From: Histomonas meleagridis 2922-C6/04-290x
Lineage: Eukaryota; Protista; Parabasalia
Length of the DNA stretch: 64,000 nt
Direction: 5' to 3'
NCBI GenBank assembly: GCA_020184695.1
Contig: JAANOX010000091.1
Coordinates: forward strand, 53,181-117,180
In this document: positions 32,743 through 44,908 of the stretch, piece after piece
How positions within the stretch are numbered: the first letter of the stretch is position 1
Layout: each line of letters starts with the position of its first letter
Program-made: the position numbers and the translations under genes
The notes under the pieces: model-generated
Told to the model about the DNA's origin: nothing
The model's database searches: none
What the model saw: the letters and a program-made list of their open reading frames with translations, nothing else

Positions 32743-35700
32743 ATGGTTTTCGAATCTCTTGTTTCAACTGTTCTATCATATATTTTAGATAAATATGTTG
32801 ACCGCATTGACACCAAAAGTCTTAAAATCGCTTTGCTTTCAGGAAAAGTATCTTTAGAGAATTTATTAATAAAAAAATCTGCATTAATCGAACACCAGCT
32901 ACCCCTTGAGGTTTCACAAGGGCTAATCAGCAGTTTGTTTTTAAAAGTTCCTTATATGAAACTTAAAACTTCTCCATGCGAAGTTGAAATTAATCAAATT
33001 TTTTTACTTGGAAAAATTGTTGGCCGTGTTTTAATTGAGGGGGATTCAGCATCTACAATCAGTCAATATGGTGAGCTTGATGCTTCGCTAAAAGAACAAA
33101 ATGTTTCTTCAGGCGATTTACTTGGCGGGCTAGTTGGCACAATTATTAACAACTTAAGAGTAAATATCACTGATATTCATATTCGAGTTGAACATCACAT
33201 TGGAAACAAACGTGTTGCTTTTGGAATCATTATCCCGTCAATATCCGTTTTTACTGTTGATGAAAACATGAAAGAAGTCTTTGTTCCAACAACCCCTAAT
33301 GTTCTCAGGAAAGTTGTTTCACTTAAAGGTCTTTCGATATATTTAGATACTGATACACAATCATTTGATGATTCTACAAATTTCAAAGCGAAGATGAAAG
33401 AAGCAATTTCAAGTGAACACCAATTTATTTTACACAACTTTTCTATACAAGGTGTTCTTGTTCATAATATCAAAGAAGTTTTAGACTTTTCAAACTTGCT
33501 GAAATTCTCTACTAATATTATTAATCTTTCACTTAGTTCATCACAATACAGAGTTATAAGAGAACTTCAAATGGAACAAACGCGATTCAATCGAAGAAGA
33601 TTCTTTTCAAGTTGTGGAAAACCAAATAGAGAACCTCGGTCTCCACGTTCATCAGGGCTATGGTGGCGATTCTTTTATAATTGTACAATCAAAAAGAGAA
33701 ATCCAATTGTTTTCGATCCAAAGACAGCATTAACTTTCTTAAAGAATAGGAAAAAGTATCTAAAAGATTTATCAACAATGTTAACAAAGCCAAACCCGAA
33801 AAAGGACCAAGAAGAACTTGATAAATTACAAGAAAAGTTTGGAACTGATGTTGTAATTCTTTTACGATTATATGCTAAGAGAATTACAGAAACGCAAATG
33901 TTTAAAGATAAAGCTCTTAAGTTACAAAAAGAAGAACTTGAAGAATTAGCAGCTGGAAAACCGAAAATTAATGAAGCACAAACAAATAAGAATTTAATTG
34001 AATTTGTTATATCTGCATTGAAAGTTTCATTGAATCTGAATGATAAAGATAAGTTAGCAACATTTAACCTTAATCTATTTAAAGGAAGTCTATTACAAGA
34101 AGGCGATATAATAAATATTGATGGAACAATTAATGAATTATTACTATTAAATAATACTTCAAATGATAAAGCAATTTTCAAACTAACTAAAAATGAAAAA
34201 ATGGATAATTGTTGCTTATTAAAATTATCTAACAATAAGGCTACAAATGAACAAAGTTTAAAGGTGAATTGTACTCAATCAGAATTTTTCGCAGATTTTA
34301 GTTTAATCGATCAAATTCAAGCGTTTCTGAATGCTTCTTCAGGTATTCAACAAGAAGAAGGTGCACCAGAGAAAGTTAAAAGAGATAATACAATACCAGA
34401 AATAGAAGATCTTTTAGCAGCGCATAAAAATTTTTTGGTTGATATACATTTTGATTCACCATCAATTACTGTTCCTACAGCACAACCAATTTCTATAGAT
34501 TTCGGTAATATTGATATAACAAATGTTCCATATAATGAGCCACGTTCAGTTGATAAAGTTGATTCATACTTTGATCAATTTTTACTTAAAATTACAGGGT
34601 TTCAAATTAAGGTTAATGATCATTTTCTATGTAATCCAGTTGAATTTAATGTTTCACTTTATCAATCATTTATTCAGTTACGTTCTATTGGAATGACTCG
34701 ACTTTCATTATATATTCCTGCAATTCAATTTGAATTATTCCGTGAAGATTATTTGTCTATATTATCAATAACAGACATATTACCTAAAAATGATAATTTA
34801 TCAACATATGAAGAAGAAGAAAAACAAAATAATAATAACAAGAAAATTGTATCAAAACAAACACAACCTTCACAATCATCAATAATTTTAGATTGTAAAT
34901 TTGGTAAAATTTCATTAAATTTAATGGATTCAATCACAAATTCATCTTGTATGTATTCTGAAATTAATAACATTAAAGCAAATATGTCATCAATTTTAAC
35001 AAAAACAGAAGCTTCATTTTTATTACAATTTATTTTAATAAAAGGTTCTCAAGAAAAAGAAATTGTGAATTTCGGTACAAATGAACAATCTGCAATTAAC
35101 ATGGAATTATTAAAAGTTGAAAATGATATTAAATTATCTTTAGAAACTGCTCGTCCAACAATTTTTATTGATTTACAATGGATTCCATCAATTCTTAAAT
35201 TCGTTGAAATACCACAAAAAGAACAACAAAGTAATGTTATAACGAATAATAAAGTACACAAGCAAACAGAACAACAAGTACAAACTAAAAGAGAAATGAA
35301 TCAATTTATTATTGAACAAATATTACAAAGACATCCGATTTTAAGAATTAATATTCAAATAGCTGCACCAACAATAATTATACCATTTGAAAATTCTTCA
35401 TTTTCAGTTTCATTTGGTTCATTTTTAATAAAAACTAATGATCCAATTCCTCGAAATATAAATGATACAAATTCATTTTATGATCGTTTCCAAATAGAAT
35501 TTTCTGGTTTCGAATTGAAATCAGGAGATGAATATTTATGTACACCATTTTCTTCTAAAATCAAGTTTGATAAATCATTTATAGAAATTAAATCAATTGA
35601 AATGTTTAAATTAATGTTCGAATTATCTAAAATACAACTTAAATTGAAAAAGCAACAATTAATAAAAATTCTTTCACTTGTTGATCAATTTAAGAATTTA

Positions 35701-38700
35701 ATTCCTAAGTCTCAATCAAATAACACAGAAATTATTGAAAATGATAAAAATGAACAAACTCAATCAAATCAATCAAGTCAACCTAAGTCAATTCCATCAT
35801 TTTTAGCAAAAATCGCATTACAACAATTTGAAATTACTCTTTTAAATAGTGACGATTCTATTCAAAGTCATTTTTTACTTAAAGACTTATTTTTAAATGT
35901 AGTAATGTTACCATCAAATATAAATGCAAATGTTAAACTTCAATCATTATCAGCTACTTCAAATGATAAAACATTATTAAGTATTGGTAACATTAATAAA
36001 AATGCAATTGATTTTGTATACAAAGGAAAAGATAATACGCATGAAATTAATTGTTCAATTATTGATCCAATTGCAAGTTTAGACTTCAGATGGATATTTG
36101 AATTACAACAATTCTTTGAAATAAAACCAAAAGTTGAAGAAATTCCTTCTAATTCTATAACTAAAGAAAATGTTATTGTAATTACTGAAGTTATAGAAGA
36201 AGTTGATAATAAACCAATTCAAATACCAAATGTAATTGGAAAGTTATCAATTACAAATCCAAGTGTTTCATTAATTGTTTTAGATAAACAAAATTCTCCA
36301 ATTAAATTAGGAGTATCATTTAATGAAATCAAAGGTAATTTTAATGAAGATCAATCAGGAACATTTTGTTTTGAGAATTTCCAAATTAATATAAATGAAA
36401 GATATTTATTAAGTCCTTTTTCAGCAAATGCAAAAATTAATTTTGGAAATTCAATTTTTGTTGATTTAGATATTAAAGAAATTCTTTTAGCATTCCAATC
36501 AACTGATTATCAATTATTAATGGAAATCATTGAATATATTCCCGCTGTTTTATTACCTCAAAAATCTATAACTCAATCAAATCAACAAAAACAAATAACT
36601 AAAACTCAAAATAAAAATCAAAACGGAATATTTGGATTAAAATTTAATCTTAATCATATTGGATTTTCTATCAAAGAAAAAGAACAAAATCTTATTGATT
36701 TTAATTTTAATTCAATATATGTTTTAATAGATCCAAATGGATCAATTAATGTTAAATTGGATTCATTTATTTCAAGTGATTTTATTACTTCTAATTCAGG
36801 TGATTTTATATCAATGAAATATCCATTAAATATTAAAATGGATAAAGAAAAAATGGAAGTAATATTACCTTCACATACGGAAATTAAGTTAAAACAAGAA
36901 GTATTACAAAAAATTATTTCGATATTAATTCCAACAAATGAACAAATTCTTGATTATGTCAAACCTCAATCAAAACAAACAAAGAAAGTTATTCAAAAGC
37001 AAAATAATTCAAATAAAACAAATTTAATTTTGGTAAAATTAGAAGATTTTAATGTTTACTTTTCAAATAATGAAAGTGATTATGGAAAATTTTCACTCGA
37101 AAAAATTGATTTAGAAATGAAATCTGTTGGAAATGTTTCAACAATTACAATAAATGTTATAAAGCCTTTGTTTTTAATGTTCCAAACACCTCTTCTTGAA
37201 ACGAAATCATTAAGTGTTAAATATTCAAATGATTTTATTGGATTTCGAACAGATGAAATTAATGTTAATTGTAATTATAATGATATTATGAAATTTGTTG
37301 AGTTTTTCACAAAATTAATTCCTCAAAAGCAACAAACAAATGCTGTTGTTAAAAAAGAACCAAAACCAATTTCATTTCCATCATATTCTTATCAAGTTGA
37401 TATAAATAAATTAAATATTTCGATTCTTCCGAATAATTTTTCAATTATTTTTGATAAATTTGTAATTAATTCAGAATCACCACAAAAACTTTCAATTTTA
37501 TTAAATTTGTTGTCATTTAATACGAATGATTTTACTATTTTATCATTAACGAAAATGAATATTCCTGTTCTCTTAGATTTAAATAAAAGCCCACCAAAAC
37601 TTAAAGAAAATGCTGATGAATCTATTCTTTCGCAATATCAAAATATTGATTATGATATTTTACATGGCGTTGATATTAAATTATCATTTGATTCTATTAG
37701 TTTTATATATGATAATGAAACACTTTTATCGTTATGTGAATTAATAAAAGGATTAATGAATCTTAAACCAAAGAATAATGAAAAAAGAATTGAAGAAAAA
37801 GAAGAACTTTCACCATTTGAATTTAATGTTAAATTTGATGCTATGATTCATCAAATTAATATTTCATTCCGTCAAGAAATTACTAATTTAATAATATCAA
37901 ATATTTCATTTTTGATGTTAAATGATGATAAAAAAGTTCAAATTAGATCAATATCTTGTGCTGAAATTGGAAAAGAAAATCAATTATATCCTTTAGAAAT
38001 GATTTCTTCTAAAAATGAAACAAATGTAATTGAGTTAGAAATGAAACATGATAAAATTCAAGCTTCAATTAATTCATTACAAATCTTTGTTAATTATAAA
38101 TTATTAACAAATATAATTTCTATTATAATGCAATGTCCATTTTTAACATATCAATTTACCGAAAAAGAAGAAACAGATCAAATTCAACCACAAAATAATA
38201 ATGAAGTTATTGAAAAGAAATCTCTATCAATTGATCTTAAAATTAATAATTTTTCAGTAAATTTACCTGTTCAATTTGGTATTACAAATGATATTCTTAA
38301 GGCAACACTTACATTTCAATTTAAATCAAATGATTCTACATTGTTTTTGTCATTGGATTCACTTGATTGTCAATTCTTCCAATACAAAGGAACTATATAT
38401 CCTCCATTTATATCTGGTATAAATCTTGGGTTCTTAAAAGATCGAAATACAATTAGTATTTATACTGAACCTGCTTCTATTTCTATTTGTATATGTGATA
38501 TTACATCAATCTTTTTATTATACAAAGGAATTATGAATTTTATAAGTTCATTAAATTTACCTAATTCAAATAAACAAAATAATAACAATAAGAAATCAAA
38601 TAACAATAATGAAATTAATGATATTAATAATTTAATAATAAATATAAATACAAATGAAATCAAAATTAATTTAAATAGAGAAAGATTAAGTGGAATTTCT

Positions 38701-41700
38701 TTATTTAGAACACAAATTAATCCAATTCATGGTACATTAGATTTGTCTAAAGAAGTTTCTCTTGATATAGATATTCATTCATTCGATTTTTTAAATGAAG
38801 GTTCATCACAATGGAGAATGATTCTTGAACCAATGGTTATGCGAATTATATTCCAATTAGGTAATCCATTAAAATTTGCTGTTGATTTCCAAACTCCATT
38901 AAATATAAATATTTCTTCACGTGCAGTACAATCACTTTTGAATTATATTCAAGAAATAAATGAATCAATAAATTCAAATAAAATTCCAATTCAAGAAATT
39001 CCTAAATATCAAATAATAAATGCAACAGGAATTAAAATTGATGTTTTTGTAACATCTCAAATTACATTATTACCAAATACATCAAAAGAATTTACTATAA
39101 ATGAAGAAACTCCAATTAAAATTTTCATTGAAAAACAAAAACCTGTCGAAGTAATTGCGTCTAAATTATATTATCCTAATTTTATAACTCGATCAATAGT
39201 TGTTTTTAAGCAAAAAACTACAAAAGGTATAAAATTAATAATTTCATCATTAATACAAATTCAAAATAAAACAAATGTAACACTTTATCTTATGATACAA
39301 AAGAAATGGAAGAAATTCGAAAAAGTAATTCAATTACCTGCTAAATCAACATCATCTTTACCATATACAGTTATACCAACTGAACCATTTGCATTAACTG
39401 ATAATTCTGAATTAACATCATTTAAACATTCGACATTTTTATTAAAGAACATTAAAAAACAATCAGATTTAATTCCTTCTATCATTAATAAAAAGCCAAT
39501 AAATTTAGTATTATATGCTAAATATCAATCAACAACGAATATATTAAACTTAAGAATTGAACCACAAGCTGAATTACATAATAATATTCCATTACCTTTA
39601 ACAGTACATTTATTTAAATCAAATTCTGAATTCATAATTCAGCCATATCAATCAGTTAGTGTATTAGATTTAGATATTACTTCTAAACAATTCGAAGCAT
39701 ATTATGCAATTTCTAAAGGACCAATGAGTAAAAAGACATCTGTTCCTATTAAGAAGAATATAATATCACCTATTAAAATATCAGTTATTGAAGCTCAAGC
39801 ATGTTCAGTATCATTTGCTGTAGAAGCTACTAAAAAGCCTAAATGTCAACAAGTACATTTTAATTATTATCCACCAACAGTTGTATTTAATCAATCGCAT
39901 AAGAATTTATATTGTATTGATATTAATTATAATCAAATATTAACACAATTCTTCCCTCGAATAGAAGGTGCAAATCAAAACGATGATGGAATTCTATTCT
40001 TTAGTCATGATGCATATTTTTCAAATAAGAAGAAAAAAGAAAATGAAAATAGATTACCAATGAAAGTATTTATGAATAAAATCGAAAATATTTCAGTAAA
40101 TACAATAGAATGTACGACAAGTAATGTTTCTGATCCTTTATTAATACAAAACAATCAAAATCAAAATCTTTTTACTCCTCTTTTTTATAATATAAAATCG
40201 AATGAACCTTTCTCACATTCGACAATTGTTACTATTACTCCATATTTAAGATTAAGAAATGATTTTCCATTTCCAATTTATTTACAACCAATTCATGAAA
40301 ATCAATTAATTGGTGACTTAATATGTTTCGAACCTGGAAAATTAATACAAATTGATATAGCATCGAAAAGTTTTGAATATGGATTAAAATTTGATCCAAA
40401 TATATCCGATTATATAAAAATAATTTTATCGGATCCAATTCATACGACATTTATATTTGATAAACATTTGATTGAAATTAATATCCAAATTGTTAAAACT
40501 GAAATTCATACATATCTAAAGCCTGCATTACTTCCACAACCATTAATGATAACTAATCTTATACAAGACGAAAAAATCAAAATTTCACAAATGAATACAA
40601 ATTGTTATAATGAAATTTATCCAGAAGCAACAACAATTTTTGCTTATAAAGATCCATTTGGTATACCAAATCTTAATTTATTTATCAAAGATAAAAAATA
40701 TGAACTTAATTTAACGAATATTAATGAGCCGATTCAAATTGATGATTTATTATTTTATGAAATTATATTAAATGAAGATCGTACAAAGACAATTATAATA
40801 TCAAATGAACCAATAGAACAAGACAAGCCAAAACAATTTGAATTTAAGCTTAAATTACCACTTATAGAATTAACTTTACTTGATCATGAATCTAATGAAA
40901 TTGCATTATTATCATTAAATGGAATCCAATTTGAGTTTAATAGTTCTCAATTTATCGAAATGAATTTCATTATGCATTCTTTACAACTTGATGATTTACA
41001 TCCTTTAGCTGTATTAAGAGTAGCGGCAGCAGGTTATCCACAAACGGACGAAGAAAATCTTGTAGAATTTAAGTCAACAATGTTCCAAAACACAGCATTA
41101 TTTACTGCATGTAAAGATATTTCTTTAACAATTGAGCCGATAATATTATTTTTAGATTTAGCATTTATCTCTGATATACTTTATTTCTTACAATATGAAT
41201 TACTTTTAACTAATACCAAAAACACAAAAATTGAACCACCGAAACCAATTTCCGAAATTTCTAATAAAGCATCTGATCCATTTACAGCCAAATATTTTAT
41301 TATCAATCAAATCGTTACCACATTATTTATTCGATCTAAAACTACACGACCAAATCGTTTTCCAAATTCGATGTTAGCGCTTAGAGTTATACCTGATATT
41401 ACTAATGGACATATAGTATTACCTGCATTTGAGTTTGAAGAATGTACAATGAGTCAATCATATGTTCAAAAAGAAATTATATCTCCAATTATTAAATCCG
41501 GGATTTCACAAGGAGTTAAACTTCTTTTTAAGACTGATATCTTTATGGCGTCAACAGGTAATAAGTCTTCAAACTTTGCTAAGTCTGGAAACAAAATCGA
41601 TATTCAATCAATGGGTTCAACTGTTTTGTTTTCAACTGGTGAAGCAGCGTTAAATGTTGCATCGAAACTTTTACATTTCGTTTCATTCGATTCCGGTGGT

Positions 41701-42393
41701 GGAATTAATAGAGTTAATACTACTGCTAAACAAGCATTTACTGGTGGAATCGATTCCTTCAAAAATAATATCGTTGATGGTTTTACTGGAATTATAATGC
41801 AGCCAATAAGAATGGCTAAAGAGCATGGCGCAATTGGCGCTTTTCTTGGTATCGGAAAAGGTTTAATTGGAGTGGTAACAAAACCTATAGCTGGAATTGT
41901 CGATGTGGGACTCGGCTCATTCTCAGCAGCGCGCAAATTCTTTTCTGGCCAAGATGAAGATGTAATACCGCCAGTAAGATTGCCGAGGGCAATGCCAATG
42001 ATAGATGTAGAAGAAGCTTTTAAGGATATACATATTGATAATATTGAGAAATTTAAAGATTTTATGGACGGAGCACAATTCGCATTTCAAATATATAGAA
42101 ATGGGCTATATGAAGAAAGAATAGAAATGTTCGTGATGGATTTAAAGTCAAAAAATTGGTTCGCATTAACTCAGAGATATTTATTCGTTGTAAATAATGA
42201 GTTGGATGTGGTAGAAAGTATAGAGCTAAAGGATGTAAAGGGGCTGAAGCGTGACGGAACAAAAGCGAAAATTGTTGCAAATGCAGTAATAAAGGATAAG
42301 GAAATAGAGATAGAGTTCACATCTATGAATGAAGCAAACTCATTTTTGGACTTAGCACGATACAAATCAATGTCATTGTCAATAGGTGAATAG
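32743..42393 (+). CDS. VPS13: VPS13/chorein-family lipid transfer protein
   Basis: Chorein-N start (FESLVSTVLSYILDKYV..LKIALLSGKVSLENL) and C-terminal ATG2_C-like region (GIGKGLIGVVTKPIAGIVD) with a PH-like end; 3216 aa uninterrupted. Confidence 0.93.
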   Translation: MVFESLVSTVLSYILDKYVDRIDTKSLKIALLSGKVSLENLLIKKSALIEHQLPLEVSQGLISSLFLKVPYMKLKTSPCEVEINQIFLLGKIVGRVLIEGDSASTISQYGELDASLKEQNVSSGDLLGGLVGTIINNLRVNITDIHIRVEHHIGNKRVAFGIIIPSISVFTVDENMKEVFVPTTPNVLRKVVSLKGLSIYLDTDTQSFDDSTNFKAKMKEAISSEHQFILHNFSIQGVLVHNIKEVLDFSNLLKFSTNIINLSLSSSQYRVIRELQMEQTRFNRRRFFSSCGKPNREPRSPRSSGLWWRFFYNCTIKKRNPIVFDPKTALTFLKNRKKYLKDLSTMLTKPNPKKDQEELDKLQEKFGTDVVILLRLYAKRITETQMFKDKALKLQKEELEELAAGKPKINEAQTNKNLIEFVISALKVSLNLNDKDKLATFNLNLFKGSLLQEGDIINIDGTINELLLLNNTSNDKAIFKLTKNEKMDNCCLLKLSNNKATNEQSLKVNCTQSEFFADFSLIDQIQAFLNASSGIQQEEGAPEKVKRDNTIPEIEDLLAAHKNFLVDIHFDSPSITVPTAQPISIDFGNIDITNVPYNEPRSVDKVDSYFDQFLLKITGFQIKVNDHFLCNPVEFNVSLYQSFIQLRSIGMTRLSLYIPAIQFELFREDYLSILSITDILPKNDNLSTYEEEEKQNNNNKKIVSKQTQPSQSSIILDCKFGKISLNLMDSITNSSCMYSEINNIKANMSSILTKTEASFLLQFILIKGSQEKEIVNFGTNEQSAINMELLKVENDIKLSLETARPTIFIDLQWIPSILKFVEIPQKEQQSNVITNNKVHKQTEQQVQTKREMNQFIIEQILQRHPILRINIQIAAPTIIIPFENSSFSVSFGSFLIKTNDPIPRNINDTNSFYDRFQIEFSGFELKSGDEYLCTPFSSKIKFDKSFIEIKSIEMFKLMFELSKIQLKLKKQQLIKILSLVDQFKNLIPKSQSNNTEIIENDKNEQTQSNQSSQPKSIPSFLAKIALQQFEITLLNSDDSIQSHFLLKDLFLNVVMLPSNINANVKLQSLSATSNDKTLLSIGNINKNAIDFVYKGKDNTHEINCSIIDPIASLDFRWIFELQQFFEIKPKVEEIPSNSITKENVIVITEVIEEVDNKPIQIPNVIGKLSITNPSVSLIVLDKQNSPIKLGVSFNEIKGNFNEDQSGTFCFENFQININERYLLSPFSANAKINFGNSIFVDLDIKEILLAFQSTDYQLLMEIIEYIPAVLLPQKSITQSNQQKQITKTQNKNQNGIFGLKFNLNHIGFSIKEKEQNLIDFNFNSIYVLIDPNGSINVKLDSFISSDFITSNSGDFISMKYPLNIKMDKEKMEVILPSHTEIKLKQEVLQKIISILIPTNEQILDYVKPQSKQTKKVIQKQNNSNKTNLILVKLEDFNVYFSNNESDYGKFSLEKIDLEMKSVGNVSTITINVIKPLFLMFQTPLLETKSLSVKYSNDFIGFRTDEINVNCNYNDIMKFVEFFTKLIPQKQQTNAVVKKEPKPISFPSYSYQVDINKLNISILPNNFSIIFDKFVINSESPQKLSILLNLLSFNTNDFTILSLTKMNIPVLLDLNKSPPKLKENADESILSQYQNIDYDILHGVDIKLSFDSISFIYDNETLLSLCELIKGLMNLKPKNNEKRIEEKEELSPFEFNVKFDAMIHQINISFRQEITNLIISNISFLMLNDDKKVQIRSISCAEIGKENQLYPLEMISSKNETNVIELEMKHDKIQASINSLQIFVNYKLLTNIISIIMQCPFLTYQFTEKEETDQIQPQNNNEVIEKKSLSIDLKINNFSVNLPVQFGITNDILKATLTFQFKSNDSTLFLSLDSLDCQFFQYKGTIYPPFISGINLGFLKDRNTISIYTEPASISICICDITSIFLLYKGIMNFISSLNLPNSNKQNNNNKKSNNNNEINDINNLIININTNEIKINLNRERLSGISLFRTQINPIHGTLDLSKEVSLDIDIHSFDFLNEGSSQWRMILEPMVMRIIFQLGNPLKFAVDFQTPLNINISSRAVQSLLNYIQEINESINSNKIPIQEIPKYQIINATGIKIDVFVTSQITLLPNTSKEFTINEETPIKIFIEKQKPVEVIASKLYYPNFITRSIVVFKQKTTKGIKLIISSLIQIQNKTNVTLYLMIQKKWKKFEKVIQLPAKSTSSLPYTVIPTEPFALTDNSELTSFKHSTFLLKNIKKQSDLIPSIINKKPINLVLYAKYQSTTNILNLRIEPQAELHNNIPLPLTVHLFKSNSEFIIQPYQSVSVLDLDITSKQFEAYYAISKGPMSKKTSVPIKKNIISPIKISVIEAQACSVSFAVEATKKPKCQQVHFNYYPPTVVFNQSHKNLYCIDINYNQILTQFFPRIEGANQNDDGILFFSHDAYFSNKKKKENENRLPMKVFMNKIENISVNTIECTTSNVSDPLLIQNNQNQNLFTPLFYNIKSNEPFSHSTIVTITPYLRLRNDFPFPIYLQPIHENQLIGDLICFEPGKLIQIDIASKSFEYGLKFDPNISDYIKIILSDPIHTTFIFDKHLIEINIQIVKTEIHTYLKPALLPQPLMITNLIQDEKIKISQMNTNCYNEIYPEATTIFAYKDPFGIPNLNLFIKDKKYELNLTNINEPIQIDDLLFYEIILNEDRTKTIIISNEPIEQDKPKQFEFKLKLPLIELTLLDHESNEIALLSLNGIQFEFNSSQFIEMNFIMHSLQLDDLHPLAVLRVAAAGYPQTDEENLVEFKSTMFQNTALFTACKDISLTIEPIILFLDLAFISDILYFLQYELLLTNTKNTKIEPPKPISEISNKASDPFTAKYFIINQIVTTLFIRSKTTRPNRFPNSMLALRVIPDITNGHIVLPAFEFEECTMSQSYVQKEIISPIIKSGISQGVKLLFKTDIFMASTGNKSSNFAKSGNKIDIQSMGSTVLFSTGEAALNVASKLLHFVSFDSGGGINRVNTTAKQAFTGGIDSFKNNIVDGFTGIIMQPIRMAKEHGAIGAFLGIGKGLIGVVTKPIAGIVDVGLGSFSAARKFFSGQDEDVIPPVRLPRAMPMIDVEEAFKDIHIDNIEKFKDFMDGAQFAFQIYRNGLYEERIEMFVMDLKSKNWFALTQRYLFVVNNELDVVESIELKDVKGLKRDGTKAKIVANAVIKDKEIEIEFTSMNEANSFLDLARYKSMSLSIGE

Positions 42394-42560
42394 AAAAACT
42401 AAAGAACTTATTTTGAAACTTGTTTTATAAACGTTTTGCATGGATTTCAAATTCAAAAAGTTTTCTATTTTTTAATAAACAAAAGAAACAAATAAACGAT
42501 ACAACTGAAGTATTATAACACTTACAAACTATTAAAAAAAGAAATCTTTCAAAACCTAAT

Positions 42561-43736
42561 TTAATTAACTTTTTCGAAAGCTTGCTTGAGGTCATTGATG
42601 ATATCATTGATGTCTTCAATGCCTACTGAAAGTCTGCACATGCCATCAGTGATTCCATCCTTATGACGTTCTTCAGCTGAAACGCAAGCGTGGGTCATTG
42701 TTGCTGGGTGTTGAATCAATGATTCACATCCTCCAAGTGATACAGCGAGAGTGATAAGTTTAAGGTTATCCAAAAGTGCCTTTCCGGCTTCAATTCCTCC
42801 CTTTAACTCAAATGACATCATAGAGCCAAAGGTGTTCATTTGCTTCTTGGCAATATCGTGGCCTGGATGAGTTGGAAGTCCTGGGTAGTAAACATGTTCA
42901 ACCTTTGGATTAGCTGCAAGATATTCTGCAACCTTTTGTGCGTTTTCTGCAGCACGCTTAACACGAAGTTCAAGTGTCATAAGACCACGAACAACAAGAA
43001 ATGCATCATGTGGTGAAAGAACAGATCCGGTGATATCTTTGATACCTTCGCCCTTGATCCTTGCAATGTGTTCAGCTTTGCCACAGACACAGCCACCAAC
43101 AACATCAGTGTGACCATTGATGTATTTGGTCATTGAATGAACAACAAGATCAACACCATGTTCAATTGGACGTGTAACAATTGGTGATGAGAAAGTGTTA
43201 TCAGCAATGACTAAAACACCTGGTTGTGAATGAGCTTCTTCAACAACTCGCTTATGTTCAATGATTTTCATTGTTGGATTGGCTGGGGTTTCGTAGTATA
43301 CAATCTTTGTATTTGGCTTGAGGTGCTTTTTAACTTCTCCTGGGATAGATGTATCAATGAAATCAACTTCAACACCAAATTTCCTTAATTGATGCTCAAA
43401 TAAGGAAACTGTACATCCATAAAGAGTACCATCACTGATGACATGGTCTCCTGCTTTAACAAATGTAAGGACAGTGGAAGCAATAGCACCCATTCCTGAT
43501 GATGTAACTGCACATGCTTCTGCACCTTCAAGGTTTGCAATCCTTCCTTCTAAATAACAAATGGTTGGGTTTCCAAGTCTTGTGTAGATATATCCTTTTT
43601 CTTTTCCAGCGAATCTGTCACCACCTTGGTTACAGTTATCAAACTTAAACGTAGATGTCTGGTAGATTGGTGGAACAACGGCTCCGAATTGGTCGTGCTG
43701 TTCATTTGAGTGAAGGCATCTTGTGGAAATATCCAT
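42561..43736 (-). CDS. MGL: Methionine gamma-lyase (PLP-dependent)
   Basis: PPIYQTSTF, YTRLGNPT, SSGMGAI, the MGL-type LYGC Cys, the PLP-lysine motif SMTKYINGH, and AVSLGGCESL. Confidence 0.93.
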   Translation of the reverse strand: MDISTRCLHSNEQHDQFGAVVPPIYQTSTFKFDNCNQGGDRFAGKEKGYIYTRLGNPTICYLEGRIANLEGAEACAVTSSGMGAIASTVLTFVKAGDHVISDGTLYGCTVSLFEHQLRKFGVEVDFIDTSIPGEVKKHLKPNTKIVYYETPANPTMKIIEHKRVVEEAHSQPGVLVIADNTFSSPIVTRPIEHGVDLVVHSMTKYINGHTDVVGGCVCGKAEHIARIKGEGIKDITGSVLSPHDAFLVVRGLMTLELRVKRAAENAQKVAEYLAANPKVEHVYYPGLPTHPGHDIAKKQMNTFGSMMSFELKGGIEAGKALLDNLKLITLAVSLGGCESLIQHPATMTHACVSAEERHKDGITDGMCRLSVGIEDINDIINDLKQAFEKVN

Positions 43737-44412
43737 GAAAATGAGTATGTGAAGTCAACCGACAGTTCTCATCGATTTCAGAATTTTGAATTAAACAATG
43801 AAACTATCGTTTTTGTCAAATTTTTGTTTCGTGTATTCCAAGAGATAGAAAAGTTATTATCCTTAGCTTGTTTAACATTTTTTAAATATCATAGTAATCC
43901 TTTTTATAATATTTTTATTTATTATGGGCGCTGAAAACAGATGGAGATAAATGTTTTTTTTCCTTTTCTGTTTTGAAAAACGACTAAAAATTTTGTTTCA
44001 ATGTATTGAAAATTTCAAAGCGTTGACCAATAACCCACATCAGGCGTGTTAAAATTAACGTTCGTTCTAATTGTGCAATTTTAACGTTTTCGGGTGAGAT
44101 GCAATGTGCAAAATCTTGTTTTTAATTGCTTCTTTTTATTGTTGTATTTTATGAATAATAATAAATTGTATCTTTTATTTGGGTTAATGGAAAAAATAAA
44201 TTGTAATTACATATATATGATTTTTATAGATAACTAAGAGTGCCTATTTCATATATGAAATAAGAAAATAACTCATATAAAAAAGAGAATTAAAATATAT
44301 TTCTATGAAATTCATTAAGAACTGTACTATAATAAAATAATATGAGCTTTTTTATGGAATGCAGAATTGTTCTAAAATTTCTTGCTGTATACCTGAGCAT
44401 TAAACATACTTA

Positions 44413-44778
44413 TTACTTACTAATTTCTTTTGATGCCTTTTCAACCCATTCTGGAAATGGTCTTTTGTTTCTTTTAAGTTGATCTATTATATTCTTTGTT
44501 ACTTCGCCATCATTATAAAGAGTATACAAGCCAACAACATTTGTATTGTACCTTTGCCATTTAGCGCACCATGAGATTTCTGGTTTGAAAATTGCAAGCA
44601 TTCCGGAAAAACTTGCACTTGTACATTCTTTCCACTTAAAATTGTCGAATCGACAATTTGGGCAGTTAAGATCACTAGAACAACCCTTCCACCAATCTGT
44701 TGTTTGTATAAGTCCGCATCCAATACAAGCGCGACATTTTCTTAAATCCTGGGGAATTTCTATTTCAATATCATCCAT
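44413..44778 (-). CDS. SPT4: Transcription elongation factor Spt4
   Basis: RACIGC...CPNC zinc finger, CTSASFSG and SWCAKWQ. Confidence 0.9.
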   Translation of the reverse strand: MDDIEIEIPQDLRKCRACIGCGLIQTTDWWKGCSSDLNCPNCRFDNFKWKECTSASFSGMLAIFKPEISWCAKWQRYNTNVVGLYTLYNDGEVTKNIIDQLKRNKRPFPEWVEKASKEISK

Positions 44779-44908
44779 GGCTTTGCGTCAACCAAAAATT
44801 AAAATTTTTTAAACGATTTTCGTATTAAACAAACCTAGTCAATTCTGGTGTTTGTTTTTTGGTCTGATTTTAACGGTCACCATGAATAAAAATTTATAAA
44901 TTTATAAA

